Shown here: positions 43,495 to 58,335 of the stretch, in pieces
How positions within the stretch are numbered: the first letter of the stretch is position 1
Layout of the letters: each line of letters starts with the position of its first letter
Assembly (NCBI GenBank): GCA_020137815.1
Contig: CM035352.1
Coordinates: forward strand, 3,658,001 to 3,722,000
From: Hormiphora californensis
Lineage: Eukaryota > Animalia > Ctenophora
Reading direction: 5' to 3'
DNA length: 64,000 bases
Made by a program: the position numbers and the translations under genes
The notes under the pieces: generated by a model
What the model was told of the DNA's origin: nothing
The model's input: the letters and a program-made list of their open reading frames with translations, nothing else
The model's database searches: none

Positions 43495-44521
43495 CTGGGG
43501 GTCTTTTCTGAACTTTCTTCTTAGGAAGATTCTTAACTTTCTTCTTTATAAGAAGGTTTCGCTAAGAACGTTTCCGAAAATACAGATAGGAGTAATATAC
43601 AATCTTCTTAGCGATTTTGTTGTTTCTGAACCTATACTTAGGAAGAAAACTCACGCTCCAAATTGGTGTCATGTGACAGTACACAACCAATGGGGTACTA
43701 AGATTCGAATGGCGATAACCAATAGCAATCGAGCAAACATAGGGTTTAAATTGAGGTGTGAATTAGCTGGTACACACAATATTTTGAATCTCTGTAGGGC
43801 GTGGGCCACAGCCTAATCATGTGCATTATGCAATTGGATATGGTTCCGGTGTCAACTCGTTCCCACCCATTTCCAACAGTTGAAAAAAATCTAAAGGAGA
43901 TGGAATTTTGCATTTATTGCATTTTTTGGATGATAGAGGTGTTATAATTAGAGGTACAACATGTTAATTTTATGATTTCTTCCTTTTCATTTGCATATAT
44001 TTATCGTCCTATGATGCTTTAGAGTCACAACAAGACCAATAATTTTCAATTTTTAAAATTATTACAAAAAATACCGACTACCAACCGATTTAAATATAGC
44101 TCTATTGGATATCGCGTCAACATAAAATGGTTGTATGTTCATGTATGCTTGAGCAAATTCATCATTTTTATGATATTAGCTCTAAAAATGGCCCAAAATA
44201 TATGTCTAACAGAGGAAGAATCTTCCTAAATCGGCTTAAGTAAGGTCCGGAGCTGTCCTAACTTTTCTTGCTACTTAGGAAGAAAAAAAGAGAGCTAAGA
44301 ACATTCTTAGGCCGCTAAGAAAAAATTTTCAAGGACTCACGCAGTTTTAATTCAATTATAGGGGACTTAGGAAGATAATTTAGGAAAATTCTTAACGCTA
44401 AAAAAATCTTCCTAAGTGCCATGTTCGGAAACAACAATCTTCTTAACTCTCTAACTTTCTTCCTAAAACGCCCAAAAAGTTCCTAAGAATCTTCATAAAC
44501 CTGTTCAGAAAAGACCCCCAG
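43495..44521. mobile_element. PIF/Harbinger-like non-autonomous element
   Basis: CTGGGGGTCTTTTCTGAAC...GTTCAGAAAAGACCCCCAG termini with many internal ttaggaag/taagaa motifs. Confidence 0.7.
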
Positions 44522-45194
44522 ATCCTCTCAGCAATGTGCGACCCTCTCAGCCCATCATTCTTACACCCAGTTTTTGATTGGTATATGTGTTCTTGAACGT
44601 GGTTGTTTTCTATCTCACTGTATCACTATTAGAGGTTACCCTACATGTTGCAGCTGTATGGTCTGTTGACAAATTACATGACGGAATTTGGAGAATATAT
44701 GAGAATTAAAATCGAGTATTAGTGATTGGAAAAGAAATGGGGCCGTAAAGCGGTAGACAGAATAAAATAAGATGGCCTAATGTTATAGACATTTAAGAAA
44801 ACGAGATGGCCTGAAATTTAGAGTGGCATAAAATTAGAGTGAGTAAGTAACACTGCAGGGGTGCACCTAAAATGTGAGGTGGCAGCTACTAGGTCAGCTA
44901 AACAACTGCACTCCCCAACCATTTCTCTTGCAACTAGCCCACTTCTATGTTGAGCCTTGGGAGTTGCAGACCCCCCCCCCCCCCCCCCGTTGCAGAATGG
45001 ATGCATCCATGTGGCGCCTGATCTTGCCCCACTTGACCCTGTCTCAACGCGACCCTTTTGAATAAAACAAGGACTCCCCATGCCCCTAGTTCTAGAATGT
45101 ACATTAAAGCATTAAGATCAATTGATTGTTCAATTTTACCTTCTCCTTCCGGCTGGGTCAAGATGTGGGGTTGTATAATTGTCGGATTTAGATA

Positions 45195-45712
45195 CAGGGT
45201 GTTCATGTGGGATCTTTACAAGCGTTGGGCTTCACCCAGAAAAAAGTTGACAAAATTAGCTTATGAAACTTCATACTTGGACTATTCTATACCCTCATAC
45301 AAGGTTCCTGGTGTTTCCGTAGCTCTAATACCCCTGGAATTCCAAAGTTTCATGATGATTGGATGTGTGGTTTAGTCACAAAGTTCTAAATAATCTGGCT
45401 GGAAAGGCCCAAAAACAGCTCAAAAACGGCAAAAAATTGATATTTTAGAGTCTTTCCAGGCACTTTTTTCGAAATTCTGTGACCGAAAAAGACATCCAAT
45501 CACCATGAAACTTTGGCATTGACATAGAAAATAGCCAAAAAACATTCTAGCACCAGCAAAAATGCCTTCTGATAGTTTTGATCCCAAAAACACACTTCCA
45601 GGGGTATTAGAGCTCCGGAAACACCAGGAATCTTGAATGAGGGTATAGAATAGTCCAAGTATGAAGTTTCACAAGCTAATTTTATCAACTTTTTTCTTGG
45701 TGCACCACCCTG
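45195..45712. mobile_element. Tc1/mariner-type MITE
   Basis: TA|CAGGGTG...CACCCTG|TA with ~105-bp subterminal inverted repeats. Confidence 0.8.
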
Positions 45713-46212
45713 TAGATCCTCTCCTATCCTCTTAGTAAAACATTTCTTGAAATTGTGATAGTTTTTTGCAATTTGTTTCTGCCGTATAATGGTTTTGTGC
45801 ACCGTCTTTGGTCTCTATCTCTCTCTCTCCCTCTCTATCTCTCCCTCTCTGTTTTTCTCTCCAGAACTGCATGGTGTTTTCGTTCTGTTAACCGAATTAT
45901 CAGTTTTTCTCTCACTCCCTCTCTATCAACTGCAGTACCTCTCTCTCTCTCCCTCTCTCCCTCTGTGAAGCTATAGAAAGCAAGTGCTTCCTGTAAGCCA
46001 CACACACGCATAGCTCTGTAGCGCTAATAGAATATAAAGTAACATACCACGAAACGGTTCTCCCTAGCTCCTATTGGTGGAATTGATATGTGAAGCGGCT
46101 GCCATTGGTCTATAGACATCATTCTATTACGAACTTTGTTTCCCTTCTAATACGCACCTCCCACCCCTCACTGCATTCACCGCACACATTGCCCGTGCAG
46201 CCATGGTGTGTC

Positions 46213-46432
46213 TTTTAGTTGGTAGCCCTGTACAAAACATCGTTCAGCTGGCTGTTTTAGAATCACAACTTTTAGTTGGTGGCCCTCTACAAAACATCGC
46301 GTTCAGGGCTGTTTTAGAATCACAACTTTTAGTTAGTAGCCCTGTGGCCTGTACAAAACATCGTTCAGGGCTGTTTTAGAATCACAACTTTTAGTTGGTA
46401 GCCCTGTACAAAACATCGTTCTTTTAGAATCA
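46213..46432. repeat. ~55-62-bp minisatellite, 4 copies
   Basis: ttttagttggtagccctgtacaaaacatcgttcag..gctgttttagaatcacaac repeated. Confidence 0.85.
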
Positions 46433-47738
46433 TAAGTTAGACCAAGGGTTCCTTAAACACTACTAGAAGCTCTGTCTATTCATTTCTTTATCATAGTAAC
46501 AATGCTGGTCCATCATTGTTGGACTATCTATTGTTTCCGCCTTTTTTTATTAAGTAGCACAGTCAATCCTCAGTTTACCATACCTCGATTAACTGGAACA
46601 CCGGACTCGTCGAGAAAACTTTTTCTGTCCGGTAGATCGAGGTTTGATAGATCGAGGTTTGATTGTTACAGTTTATCCTCAATTTATCAGACCGGTATAA
46701 CATTACTGAAGAGCAGTGAAATATCGTTTTTTTTAAATCTAGCCCACAATTCGTGTTCAATCGCCCCATTCGCTATAAATACTGCAAAACTTGTTGAACA
46801 ACCCCTTACCCCAGTCCCCAAAAGTGCAAAACCAGCCCAACAGAAGACCTTCACTTGGGGTTTGCGTTTTTTCCCAAACAGCCATGGCTCTATTCCCTGA
46901 CGAGGTAGTATCTATCTTGTCTTTATCTTGTTCAAGAAAGGAGTTAGTATGGCCGCTTGAAAAACACAAATTCCAAGTGAGGGCTATTTTTATTGGTGTT
47001 TCCTTCATTATTCACTGACTATCATCTTCATTCTGTATTGCTCACAATCTTGAAGCACAACAAATCATAATCTTTTTTATCTTAAATAAACTCAGTAGCT
47101 GTCATAAATTCCAGTATGAGATCACTTTATCATCTTGAGTGGAGACTCAAACAGAGAGAAACACACAGCTTACTTTAGGAAATAATAAAATACTATTGAG
47201 CTGAGTAGTAAGGTATGCAGTGCATTATATAGCTGCAGTTCCATCTCTTTCTGGCATATCGAGTTGACTTGGAATGAGAGAGAGGGTAAGATGGAAAATA
47301 TGAGAGAGAGATTTTAAAGAGTGAGAGTGAGAGATGGAAAATATGAGGGAGAGATTTTAAAGAGAGAGATAGTTAGGTAGGATGCTTTCTGTCATCACTT
47401 CTGCTAGTTGCTGCTGCACAAGGAATCCTTACAACTTGTGGAAAGGTATGGCGAGAGAGAAATAGCTTCTTCTGTGCACTGGGCGCTTGCAAGGTCGGTA
47501 TTCGAAAGGGTTGAAAAGTCCATCGGTCGGCTTCTTGAAAGGCACTTCCATGTACTATCACTATACCCCGACAAAGATAAAGGAGTGATATATAGGATAT
47601 AATGGAGTGATATAGGAGATAAAGGAGATATAGGGAGTGCGTAGGGCGTTCCTGAAACTATAGGGGTAATATGGTGGTAATTGGACTGAAACAAGTTCTA
47701 CAGAATACAGTTAATCCAGACAACTGTCTAACTCTAAA

Positions 47739-47797
<59 letters not shown>

Positions 47798-47804
47798 CTC
47801 TCCT

Positions 47805-47864
<60 letters not shown>

Positions 47865-47886
47865 TTCTCTTTCTCTTTCTCTCCCT

Positions 47887-48005
<119 letters not shown>

Positions 48006-48231
48006 TATCTCCAACGCTACCCAGAACTGTGTCTAAATCAGTTCATAGAGAGAGAGCCGGGCCGTGTCGACAGAATACAGAACCTATCAACAAACAGGTC
48101 TGCTGAGTGTGCGTGAGCAGCAGCAGTAGCAGACCCCCCTTTAAAACAGTCCAAAGTGCCCGGGTCACTTCTTAGAACTTCACTTTACCTTGTGCTGTTA
48201 ACTCTTAGTCAGACCTGCACTTAATATCAGA

Positions 48232-51200
48232 ATGGCAGCTGTACCAGCTGCTCTCAAAAAAGGTAGGCCCGGGTTATTGTGAGCATGGCCAATTATAAAG
48301 AGATACCATTCCTGATGTATATACCTGAGTTGCATGATCTTCGTTTCTCGTAATTTTCATTAGAATCACTGTTAGAATCTGATACCATCCAGTCACCCCC
48401 ACTAGAGCATTGAAACACTAGACGTCCCCAAACCTGCCCATTTCTTGTCAGACACTGACTGTACATCGCGCAACCTCGATGTACAGTCAGACCCCAGACC
48501 CTGCTTTATCACCTCTTATTACAACTCCTTGACATACCCTGAATCAGCTGGTTCCCCTAACGTGTTTACACTGTTTCTATAGCGACCACTTTAACGCTCT
48601 GCAGGCAACATGACCGCCACATGGGAAGAATCATGTAAGTACTTGTACGCCCCAAAGGCCCCCGCCGGGGGTGACTTTGCGGGAAAGAAGATGGCCTGGC
48701 TGCCTATCCCCGGAGACGATGGATTCGCCAAGATTGAGATCCTCAAGCAGGAAGGAGATGACTGCCAGATTAACCTCGTCGACACCAACGAGGTTCGTGT
48801 AAATTAGTTGTTAGGGTAAAATAGTTGTTGTTAGGGTAACCATTTCAATTGTATTAATCAGATCTTTGATTTTATCATTTCTCGTAGATACATAATATGA
48901 TGGTTCTATAGGTAGCTTGATTAAAAGATCCCATTTATCATGACAATATTTGTTTCCTACGTTTTGATCACCATCCCATCCTCCTCTCAGAAACGAACTG
49001 TCAACATCAATGATTGCCAGCCCATGAACCCCCCTAAATTCGAGATGTGTACCGACATGTCCCTCCTGTCTTACCTTAACGAGGGAGGTCTCCTCCATAA
49101 CTTGAAGTCCCGATACCAGGCCAACTGTATCTATGTAAGTGATCTCTGAGTATACGGCCGAATTCTCATAGAACGCGAATTAAAATGCGGCGTGAGCCAC
49201 CAAAATTTATCTCTGAGAAAGTTTTTTAAAACGGATATAAACCTACTTGATACATTCTAACCCATCTCCTCCCCAGACCTACTCCGGACTTTTCTGTGTC
49301 GCTGTAAATCCCTACAAGAGGTTCCCCATTTACACCGACGTTGTCATCGATAGCTACCGAGGAAAGAAGAAGAGCGAGATGCCCCCTCACGTCTTCTCCA
49401 TTGCCGATAACGCTTACAGTGAGATGTTGCAGAACCGAGAGAACCAGTCCATCCTGATTACTGGAGAGTCCGGTGCGGGAAAAACCGAGAACACGAAGAA
49501 GGTCATCCAGTACTTTGCCTCCATTGGTGCCAACCCTGGCAAGGGAGGTGATGCCGCTGAGAAGAAGATGTCCGTCGAGGATCAAGTTGTCATGTGTAAC
49601 CCCGTCCTTGAGGCGTACGGTAACGCCAAGACCGTGAGGAACGATAACTCCTCTCGATTCGGTAAATTCATCCGAGTCCATTTCGGACGAGACAGCAAGC
49701 TTGCCTCTGCTGATATTGAGTACTACCTGCTCGAGAAGGCTAGGTTGACCTACCAGAACCCTGAGGAGAGGAACTTCCATATCTTCTACCAGATCTTCAA
49801 GGGACTTCCCCAGGACTACCTGACCAGTGAGTATTATACCCCAGCCCCCCTCTCTGATCACAAACCATTATACAGGGGTGCCAACCTCTATCATCCTCGC
49901 TTTGTACTATCCGATAATACCCTAGGTCCATAACATCTCATTTTGTTCACTAACCCCGATTCCCCTCTCCCCAGACACCCTTCTTATGGATCCTGATGCC
50001 AACAAATACAAGTTCCTGACCAACGGAGACGTCCAGGTGCCCAGCCAGGACGATGTTGAGCTGTGGAAGGAGAACGAGGAGGCCATGGTCATCCTGAACT
50101 TCACCGACGAGGAGAAGGAATCCATCCTCAAGCTCATGTGTGGTTGTCTCCTCTTCGGAAACATTGACCTCAAGCAGAACAAGCGAGATGAAGGATGTGA
50201 GGTTGAGAACCCAGTGTTTATGGAGAAGGCCGCTGCCCTCTTCCAGATCCCTGCCGCTGACTTCATGAAGTGCCTCCTGAAGCCCAGGGTCAAGGTCGGA
50301 ACTGAGATGGTCCAGAAGTCCCAGAACTCTGAGCAGGTACATAATTGCAAACATGTATGCTTAGAGATCACTAACATGACGTATGTCATTCATTGAGAAG
50401 TGTGATGGAAAAGTAATGAAGCGTTGTTTTAACCCAATATTCTCCCCAGGTATACTTCGCCACCAAGGCTCTCTGTAAGTCCATCTTCGAGCGAGTGTTC
50501 AAGTGGCTGATCGGAAAGTGTAACACCGCTCTGGATACCAAGAAACCCCGACAGAACTACTGTGGTGTGCTCGATATTGCAGGATTCGAGATCTTCGATG
50601 TGAGTGTGTTGCCATGAGTTAAATAGATATCATGATAACATGATAAAATGTTAGAGATTATAGTGTAATATTTTCCTGACCCGATCTTTCTCTCCCTTCA
50701 GTTCAACACCTTCGAGCAGCTGTGTATTAACTTGACTAACGAGAGGCTTCAGCAGTTCTTCAACCACCACATGTTCATCCTTGAACAGGAAGAGTACAAG
50801 AAGGAAGGAATCGTCTGGAAGTTCATTGATTTCGGTCTCGATCTCGAGGCTTCCATTGAGCTGATGGAGAAGCCCATGGGAATCCTCCCCATGTTGGACG
50901 AGGAATGTATTATGCCCAAGGCCAGTGACAACTCCTACAAGGATAAGGTCATCCAGCAGCACAACAAGAAGCACCCCAAGTTCTCCGTGCCCAGCATGAA
51001 AGCCATCAAGGGTCTCGAGCATCCTCCCCACTTCAACATTCACCATTACGCTGGTGTCGTAGGATACAATGTCGGAGACTGGCTCACTAAGAACGCCGAT
51101 CCCCTCAACGACAACGTCCTGGATCTCTTCCGAAAGTCTGCTATGCCCTTCATGGGAGGACTCTACGAGGACTGTACCCCTGCTGGACCCAAGGAGAGGA

Positions 51201-54059
51201 AGAAGACCTTCCAGACCATGGCTATGATGCACAAGAAGTCCCTGAACGAGTTGATGAGCATGTTGCACTCTACCAGCCCCAACTTCATCCGATGTCTGGT
51301 TCCTAACGAGACCAAGACCCCCGGAAAGGTCCTGGCCGAGCTTGTTCTTCACCAGCTGAGGTGCGTATATAATATATTTAAACTCCTGGTCAAACTCAGC
51401 TGTGGTAATCCATTACCATCCATCCTTTCACTTGAACTTGACATTCCAATATATTATCTCAGTACTATAATGTTCCCATTCCCTCAGGTGTAATGGTGTG
51501 TTGGAAGGAATCAGGATTGTCCGACAGGGATTCCCCAACAGGATCCCCTACGCCGACTTCAAGCAGCGATACCAGATCCTCGCCGCCTCCGCCATTCCTG
51601 CTGGATTCATTGAGGCCAAGGCTGCTACCGAGCTCATCATCGCTGCCCTTGGACTTACTGACGACGAGGCCAAGTTCGGTAACACCAAGGTGTTCTTCAG
51701 GGCTGGAATCCTCGGAAGGCTCGAGGATCTTCGAGACGAGAAGATTACCGAGATCCTGACCGCCTTCCAGGCCCTCGCCAGGGGATGGATCGCCAGGAAG
51801 ATCTTCAGCAAGCTCATGGAGCAAAGGGTTGGCGTTGTTGTCCTCCAGAGGAACATCCGACAGCATTTCATCCTGAGGAACTGGCCCTGGTGGAAGCTCT
51901 TCACCAAGGTGAAGCCTCTCCTCTCCGTTGCCCGACAGGAGGAAGAGATCCGAGCCAAGGAAGAGGAAATGAAGAAGGCCATGGAGGAGGCCGAGGCCAC
52001 TGCCAAGGCTAAGAAGGAGCTTGAGGAGAAGTTTGAGAAGCTCCAGAGTGAACGAAACTGAAATCCAGGCTGAGCTCGAGAAGGAGCGACAGGCTGCCAT
52101 TGATGCTGAGGAGATGGTCTTCAAACTTGAGGGAAAACAGAAGGACCTTGAGGAGGAGAACAACGAGCTGATCGACAGGATTGAGGAAGAGGAGGAGAAC
52201 AACTTCTCCGTCGCTGAAATGAAGCGAGCTGTTGAGGCTGAACTTATCAAGACTCAGGAGGAGGTAAAGGCCGCCGGAGAGAAACTAAAGTCTGCCGGAG
52301 GAGACATCGCAGGCAAGGAACAGGAGCTTAAGGACAAGTGTGATGAGATTACCAAAAATCACGAGGAGATTAAGAAGTTGGAGGTCAAGAACAAGGATAT
52401 TAGCAACAGGCTGAGCGAGACTGAGTCCCAGCTCCAGTCTAGCCAGGAGAAGGCCGCTAAACTCGACAAGGAGAGGAAGAGGGTCGAGGGTGAGCTCAAC
52501 GACACAAGGAACGACCTCGAGAAGGAAAAGAGGGCTAAGGCTGAGCTGGACAAGAACCTCCGAAAGAAGGATGCTGAGCACAAGGATGTCTTGGGACAGC
52601 TTGATGACATGACCCGACAGAAGGGAGAGGCTGAGGACACCATCCGACGAAAGGAAGGTGAGATCTCTACCCTCCAGGCGACCGTTGAGGCTGAACAGAA
52701 CAACGTCACCAAGGCCCAGAGGCAGATCAAGGATCTCGGCCAGAAGTACAAGGATCTCGAGGACGAGATGGACAATGAGAGGAACGCCAAGAACAGGCTG
52801 GAGAAACTCCGAGCTGAACTCGAGGGACAGATTGCTGCCTACGAGGACCAGATTGAGGAGGCTGGTGGTGCCAACAACGCCGCCTCTGAGCTCTGCCGAC
52901 GACGAGAAGACGAGATCGCCAAGCTGAGGAAAGAGAAGGAGGCTGTTGAGCTGGAGGCTCAGGAGCAGGCCGACTCTTCCAAGAGGAAGCTCAATGACGT
53001 CACCAACCAGCTTGAGGATGCCGAGGATATGCTGAGGAAGTACAAGGCCAAGGCCGAGAAGGAGAAGAAGGCCTTCGTTTCCGAGATGGCCGACCTCAAC
53101 GAGCAGATCGACAACCTCGCCAAGGCCAAGGCCACCTCTGACAAGAACAGCCATGGTCTGGATGGTTCCCTTGCTGAGGCCAACGCCAGGATTGCTGCCC
53201 TTGAGGCTTCTCTCCGAGAGTTGACCGACAAGTACAACAAGCTTGTCAAGGACAACAACGCCACCCTGTCCAGGCTCGAAGAGACGGAGGCAAGGGAGGC
53301 CAATCTGTCCAAGCAGAAGAAGGTCCTCTCTGGCCAGATCGACGAGCTCAAGGCCCAGTTGGAGGATGAGTCTTCTGTAAGTTTGGGTTTTACTGGGGAG
53401 ATAAAAAGAAGAGAGTGGGAGGGAAATAAAGAGAAAAGAGATGAATATAAGAGAGTGGGGAAAAGGTTGCTTTTTGTTATTAAGATACTATTTACAATTT
53501 ATAACCCCATTCCTTCATTCTACAGCAAAGGAACAGCTTGGCTAACCAGCTTCGAGGAGCCTCTGCCGACCTGCAGGCCGCTCGAGATGAGATCGAGATC
53601 GCCAACCAGGAGAAGAACGACCTCAAGAGGAACCTTGGAAACGCCCAGAGTGAAGCTGCCGGATGGAAGAGCCGACTCGAATCTGAGGCTCTCCCCAAGA
53701 TTGATGGTATGTTGGTTTGTCAGTTTGTGCATTTGTGCATTTGTTATGATTCCTTTCCTGTAGAGCAGAATTTTACTGCAATTCTGCAACCTGCACTATT
53801 ATAGTGCTACATTCTTTATCATCATGCTTATGTGGGTAGGAGCTACATTTTTCAGTTGTTAATAATATTGCCTAACACCCCCTGTCTTGCAGAGCTCGAG
53901 GCGGAAAAGAGGAAGCTTGCTGGACGAATCCAGGAGGCTGAGGACAGGGCTGATGAGGCTCTGAGCAAGTAAGTTGAGTTGTTGTGGTGACAGAATCCTT
54001 CGTCACCTGGCCGACCTAGCGGTTCCAGATGCAGAGGGAGAGAGAAAGAGAGAGAGAGA

Positions 54060-54141
<82 letters not shown>

Positions 54142-57100
54142 ATGAGAGTTTAACAAGCTGCTGACAGCAACGTAAGAGTCCTCTCGCACAGTTATAAAGC
54201 TCCCTCCCTGCAGAAATAGCTTTTTTCAAAGTTCCATGTCTATCCTAGAGATATACACACGGAGATAGAAAGATAGGATAAAGACAGATTGAGAACACTA
54301 TCGAGAGAGCACAAAGAACCATGATACATCTAACCCCTTCTTCTTTTTCTGTACCCCAACCCCCTCCTCCCCTCCTTTTTCTGTACCCCAACCCCCTCCT
54401 CCTTTTCAGGTGCAACAACCTCGACAAGGTCAGGACGAGGCTCATGCACGAGCTTGAGGATGCTGCCGTTGAGCTGGAGAGGACCCGATCTGAACTGTCC
54501 AACATGGACAAGAAGTGCAAGAAGGTCGATGCCACCATCCTCGAGTGGAAGGGCAAGTACGACACTGCCTCATCCACCGCTGAGTCCCTCACCATGGAGC
54601 TCCAGAAGTCCAACGTAAGTTGATTAAACTATATAGACAATATTTTTAACTACCTAGCCAATTATTAGTAGTTCTGCTATTATTGTTAAGTTTAGGACTG
54701 TCTTTATTCAATTTAATGACTCTATCTAATCTAGTATCTCACATCCCCTAACCCCTTCCTCTCCCCCAGACTGAGTGCCTGAACTTGAAGAGCACCTGCG
54801 AGGAATACACCGTGTCCATCGAGAACTACAGCCGAAACCAGAAGAAATTGGAAGCCACCATCCGGGACCTCAACTCCGAGCTGGAGGGAGGCCGAAACAA
54901 CCACGAGCTGGAGAAGATCCGAAGGAAGCTGGAGAGCGAGAACGAGGAGCTCCGACAACAAATGGATGAGCTGGAGATCGCTGTTGGATCTTCCGAATCC
55001 AAGTGCACCAAACTCACCCTTGAGATCGCCAACATCAGGAACAGCTACGAGAGGCAGCTTGCTGATGTTGATGAGGAGGGAGACAAATCCAGGAAGGGAC
55101 TCCTCCGACAGATTGAGCAGCTGAGAATGCAGCTTGAGGATCAGGAGAAGGCCAAGGGTGACCTCGTCAAGGTCAAGAAGAACCTCGAGATGGAAATTGG
55201 AAACCTGAACGAGGATCTTGGTAACGCTGACAAGACCATTGCTGCCCTGAACGCCAATATTGGCAAGCACCAGAAGACCGTCCAGGAGATGACCATGGCT
55301 CTTGATGAGGCCCACCGAGCTCTCGATGACCACAAGACCGCTCTTCTGCGATCTGATAAGAGGGCTAGCGAACTCACCCACATCAAGGAGGAGCTCGAGA
55401 GCAACCTTGACGGATCCGACCGAGCCAGGCGAGGAGCTGAGAGCGAGAAGTCCGAGATGGCTGCTCACATCTCCGACCTCGAGAGGCAGATCAGTCAGCT
55501 GAACGCCGCCAAGAGGAAGGCTGAGGTTGATGTTGCCTGGACTCAGGGAGTCTCTGGAGGAGTTCGAGGCCCAGGCTATGTCTGCGGAGGAGAAGGTCAA
55601 GCGACACGCTGACATGTGCAGCAAGCTCCAGAGCGACCTCACCCGAGAGGCTGATGCCAGGTCCGGACTTGAGCGAGTTAACAGCAAGCTGAGCAACGAC
55701 ATCTTCGCCCTGAACGCCAGGATTGAGGAGGTTGAGGTGTCCGCCAGGAACAGCGCCAAGAACAAGGTCAGCCAGCTAGAGATCAGGATTAGGCAGCTGG
55801 AGAACGACTGCAGCGCTGAGGCGAAGGGCCGAGCTGATGCCCAGCACGCTCTGAAGAACCTTGACCGAGTTATCAAGGAGAAGGAATTCAACGCTGACGA
55901 GGACATGAAGACCGTCCAGCGACTCCAGGGACAGATTGACTTCCAGAACAACAAGATGAAGGCTCTCCGACGAAACATTGATGATGGTGTAAGTAGAACA
56001 CATGAAATACATTCATACCCTGCCGAATCAATTCCGACTCTCCCCACCCCTTTGTCAATGCACAGATTCCAACCCCTTGATATTTCCTGCAGGAGGCCCA
56101 GATTGCTGTTATGCAGAACAAGCTGAGGAAGGCCATCGGAGATGTCGAGGAGGCTGAGGAGCGAGCTGCCATGCTCGAGACCCAGCTTGTCCGAGGAGGA
56201 AGCAGCGGATCCAGGGTCACCAAGATTACCACTCGACGAGTTGTAAGTTCAATATAGCATCCCCCGGCACCCCCCTCAGTAATATTCTTTCTTTTTGTAC
56301 GACACATTTCTCAAATAGAACACACATTTCGTGTTGAATTTTCCTTTCACCTGCACACCAATAGTTTCAAATACCCACCTTCAATTTGTGGTCTCTCAGC
56401 TTGCTTTGCGTGTTGACACGAATTGACCTGTGGTATGGCTTCACCCGCAAGGAATTCATTACTGTCACGTGGCTGCGGGGGAGGTCACGTGGTAAAGGGA
56501 GCTGTCACGTGACTGGGTTTGGCTAATTCAATATGCCCTGTAGTTGGTTCCGGTGCAAGTTGCCGGAAATAGAGCAACTTTTGTAAGGGAAGAGAGAGAG
56601 GGAGAGAGAGAGAGGGTTGGGAGACTGAGATAGAGAAAGAGAGGGTATAGAGAGTGAGATATATTGAGAGGGGAGGGGGAGCTGGGGGAGTTGCCGAGAG
56701 ACAATGACACGCGGGGAAGGTGACAGGGCAAATCAAGCAGCTGCTGCAAGGTGACAGAATGCACTAAATTTTACACAGTAACTAATTTTACTATCCCCCA
56801 CTCACAACTCAGGCCAATATTCTCTGTAAAACACCACTCCCTGCTCTTACCTAACTACGCCAATGTCATCACACAGCTACCTACAACTCCTTTCTTCACA
56901 TATCAATTCCAATTTCATACATAAATTTAATAAGGAAAACACTCGTGAATGAACCTCAGGTTCAGGTTACGGCTATTTACCTCTGAGACCTGAGGTCTCA
57001 GGGCTATTTTTTGGATATTCCCTGAAAATCTCCCTGATATCTCCGGGAATAGCCGTCACTGAACCGTGAGATCTCAGGGGTAAATTATAGCCGTGACCTG

Positions 57101-57639
57101 AACCTGAGATTCAGGCACGACTGTTTTCCCTCATTAACCCCCTCCTTATCCCAATCTACCACATATCTCCCTATCCCAATCTACCACATATCTCCCTACC
57201 TCAACCTCTCTGCAGATGTACAGCTCTGGTTATCCTAGTATTAGGGCCAGTAGCAGGGTCCCTAGCCGGGCCACTAGCCCCGCCCCTAAGGCTGATGAAT
57301 AGGTTTAATATAATAGAGAGTAGGTTAAACGCAAAGCAACCAACCCTTGATTACAAACCCCTTTTAGCACCGTTTCAATCTTTTCAAAATTCTTTGTAGA
57401 AATATATAGCGGTCATTATATGATCTGATTCGCACATTTTCTCTCCAATGAACATAGAACACTGATTATTTGAATGATCTTGATTTAAATCTTTAAACTC
57501 AGTTCCCTTTTTAAGCACGAAAAAAAATCAAATAAAAACTCTCTTGATCTTGCACTTGAATTTGATCAACTTCTTCCCGCCAAATCACTAACACACCCCT
57601 TCTCCCCAGGCCATCGATGTTAAGAAAGACGAGATGTAA
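48232..57639 (+). CDS. Mhc: Myosin II heavy chain, striated-type clade; two apparent +1 frameshifts in the assembly
   Basis: Exons 48232-48262, 48605-48792, 48991-49134, 49277-49826, 49975-50336, 50450-50599, 50702-51360, 51488-53376, 53526-53706, 53893-53968, 54410-54614, 54770-55988, 56093-56242, then 57216-57302 or 57610-57639. Motor motifs [37 protein letters not shown] and [10 protein letters not shown]; IQ region; [12 protein letters not shown]; long heptad rod. Confidence 0.95.
56927..57137. mobile_element. MITE flanked by TTAA in the last myosin intron
   Basis: ttaataaggaaaacactcgtg..caggttcaggttacggctat / atagccgtgacctgaacctg..cacgactgttttccctcattaa. Confidence 0.65.
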
Positions 57640-58335
57640 GGAGTTTTTCTAACACCTGACTGTATGGACATCTTCACCGGATTTATTTCTGGATTGAGAC
57701 ACGGACAATCTTTCCCCACTACACTATAACAACCCCCTGTGAACGAGGGGACTTTCACTAAATCTTATTTCCCCCCTCGGTATATCCCCTATCTCTCATA
57801 TCCGACTAGACCCTCCATAGCTTCTCAATATATGCTACTACACAGTTCACTGCCCTACCTCATTTTGTTTCGTTTTCTGTGCTCGCGGTTGTTTTTTGGA
57901 GGAGGCAGGTGAGTGTGTGTGGGTTGCCACACGTGGTAGGTTATCACATTCCACATGGCACTGGACGGGAGGCTTCAGTCTGTTGCCATGTGTCTGTGAC
58001 AGCTCCACTGGGTACCCCGAACACTCATTTTCCAAAGAGTAGCCATTGATTCAGTATTATGGACAGTTTGATTTGGATAAGTGAACATATGTTTGTGTGT
58101 GTAAAGGGAGGTTGTGTGGTTCTTTTAGGATAGTATTGAGAGATGTGGTGTACTGAGTTTTGTACATTGTATAGTTTTGAACTCTCTTTTTTGTCTGATA
58201 TTTATATAAACCACTGTGGTAAGATGCAAGTTACAAACTGAAGTTCCGAGTTTTGATCTTTGTTTCTGAGGGAAGGAAAACACAAAAAAAATGACAAATC
58301 TACAACTCACTCGGACCCAAAATTGGAGTTAATTT

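Noticed and set aside
43341-43816. 172-aa ORF continuing from 43298
   Set aside because: Reads through a strong splice donor into a MITE; only the first 14 codons are plausible.
49226-56307. Long minus-strand and alternate-frame ORFs over the myosin exons
   Set aside because: Antisense shadows of a strongly codon-biased CDS with no recognisable domains.
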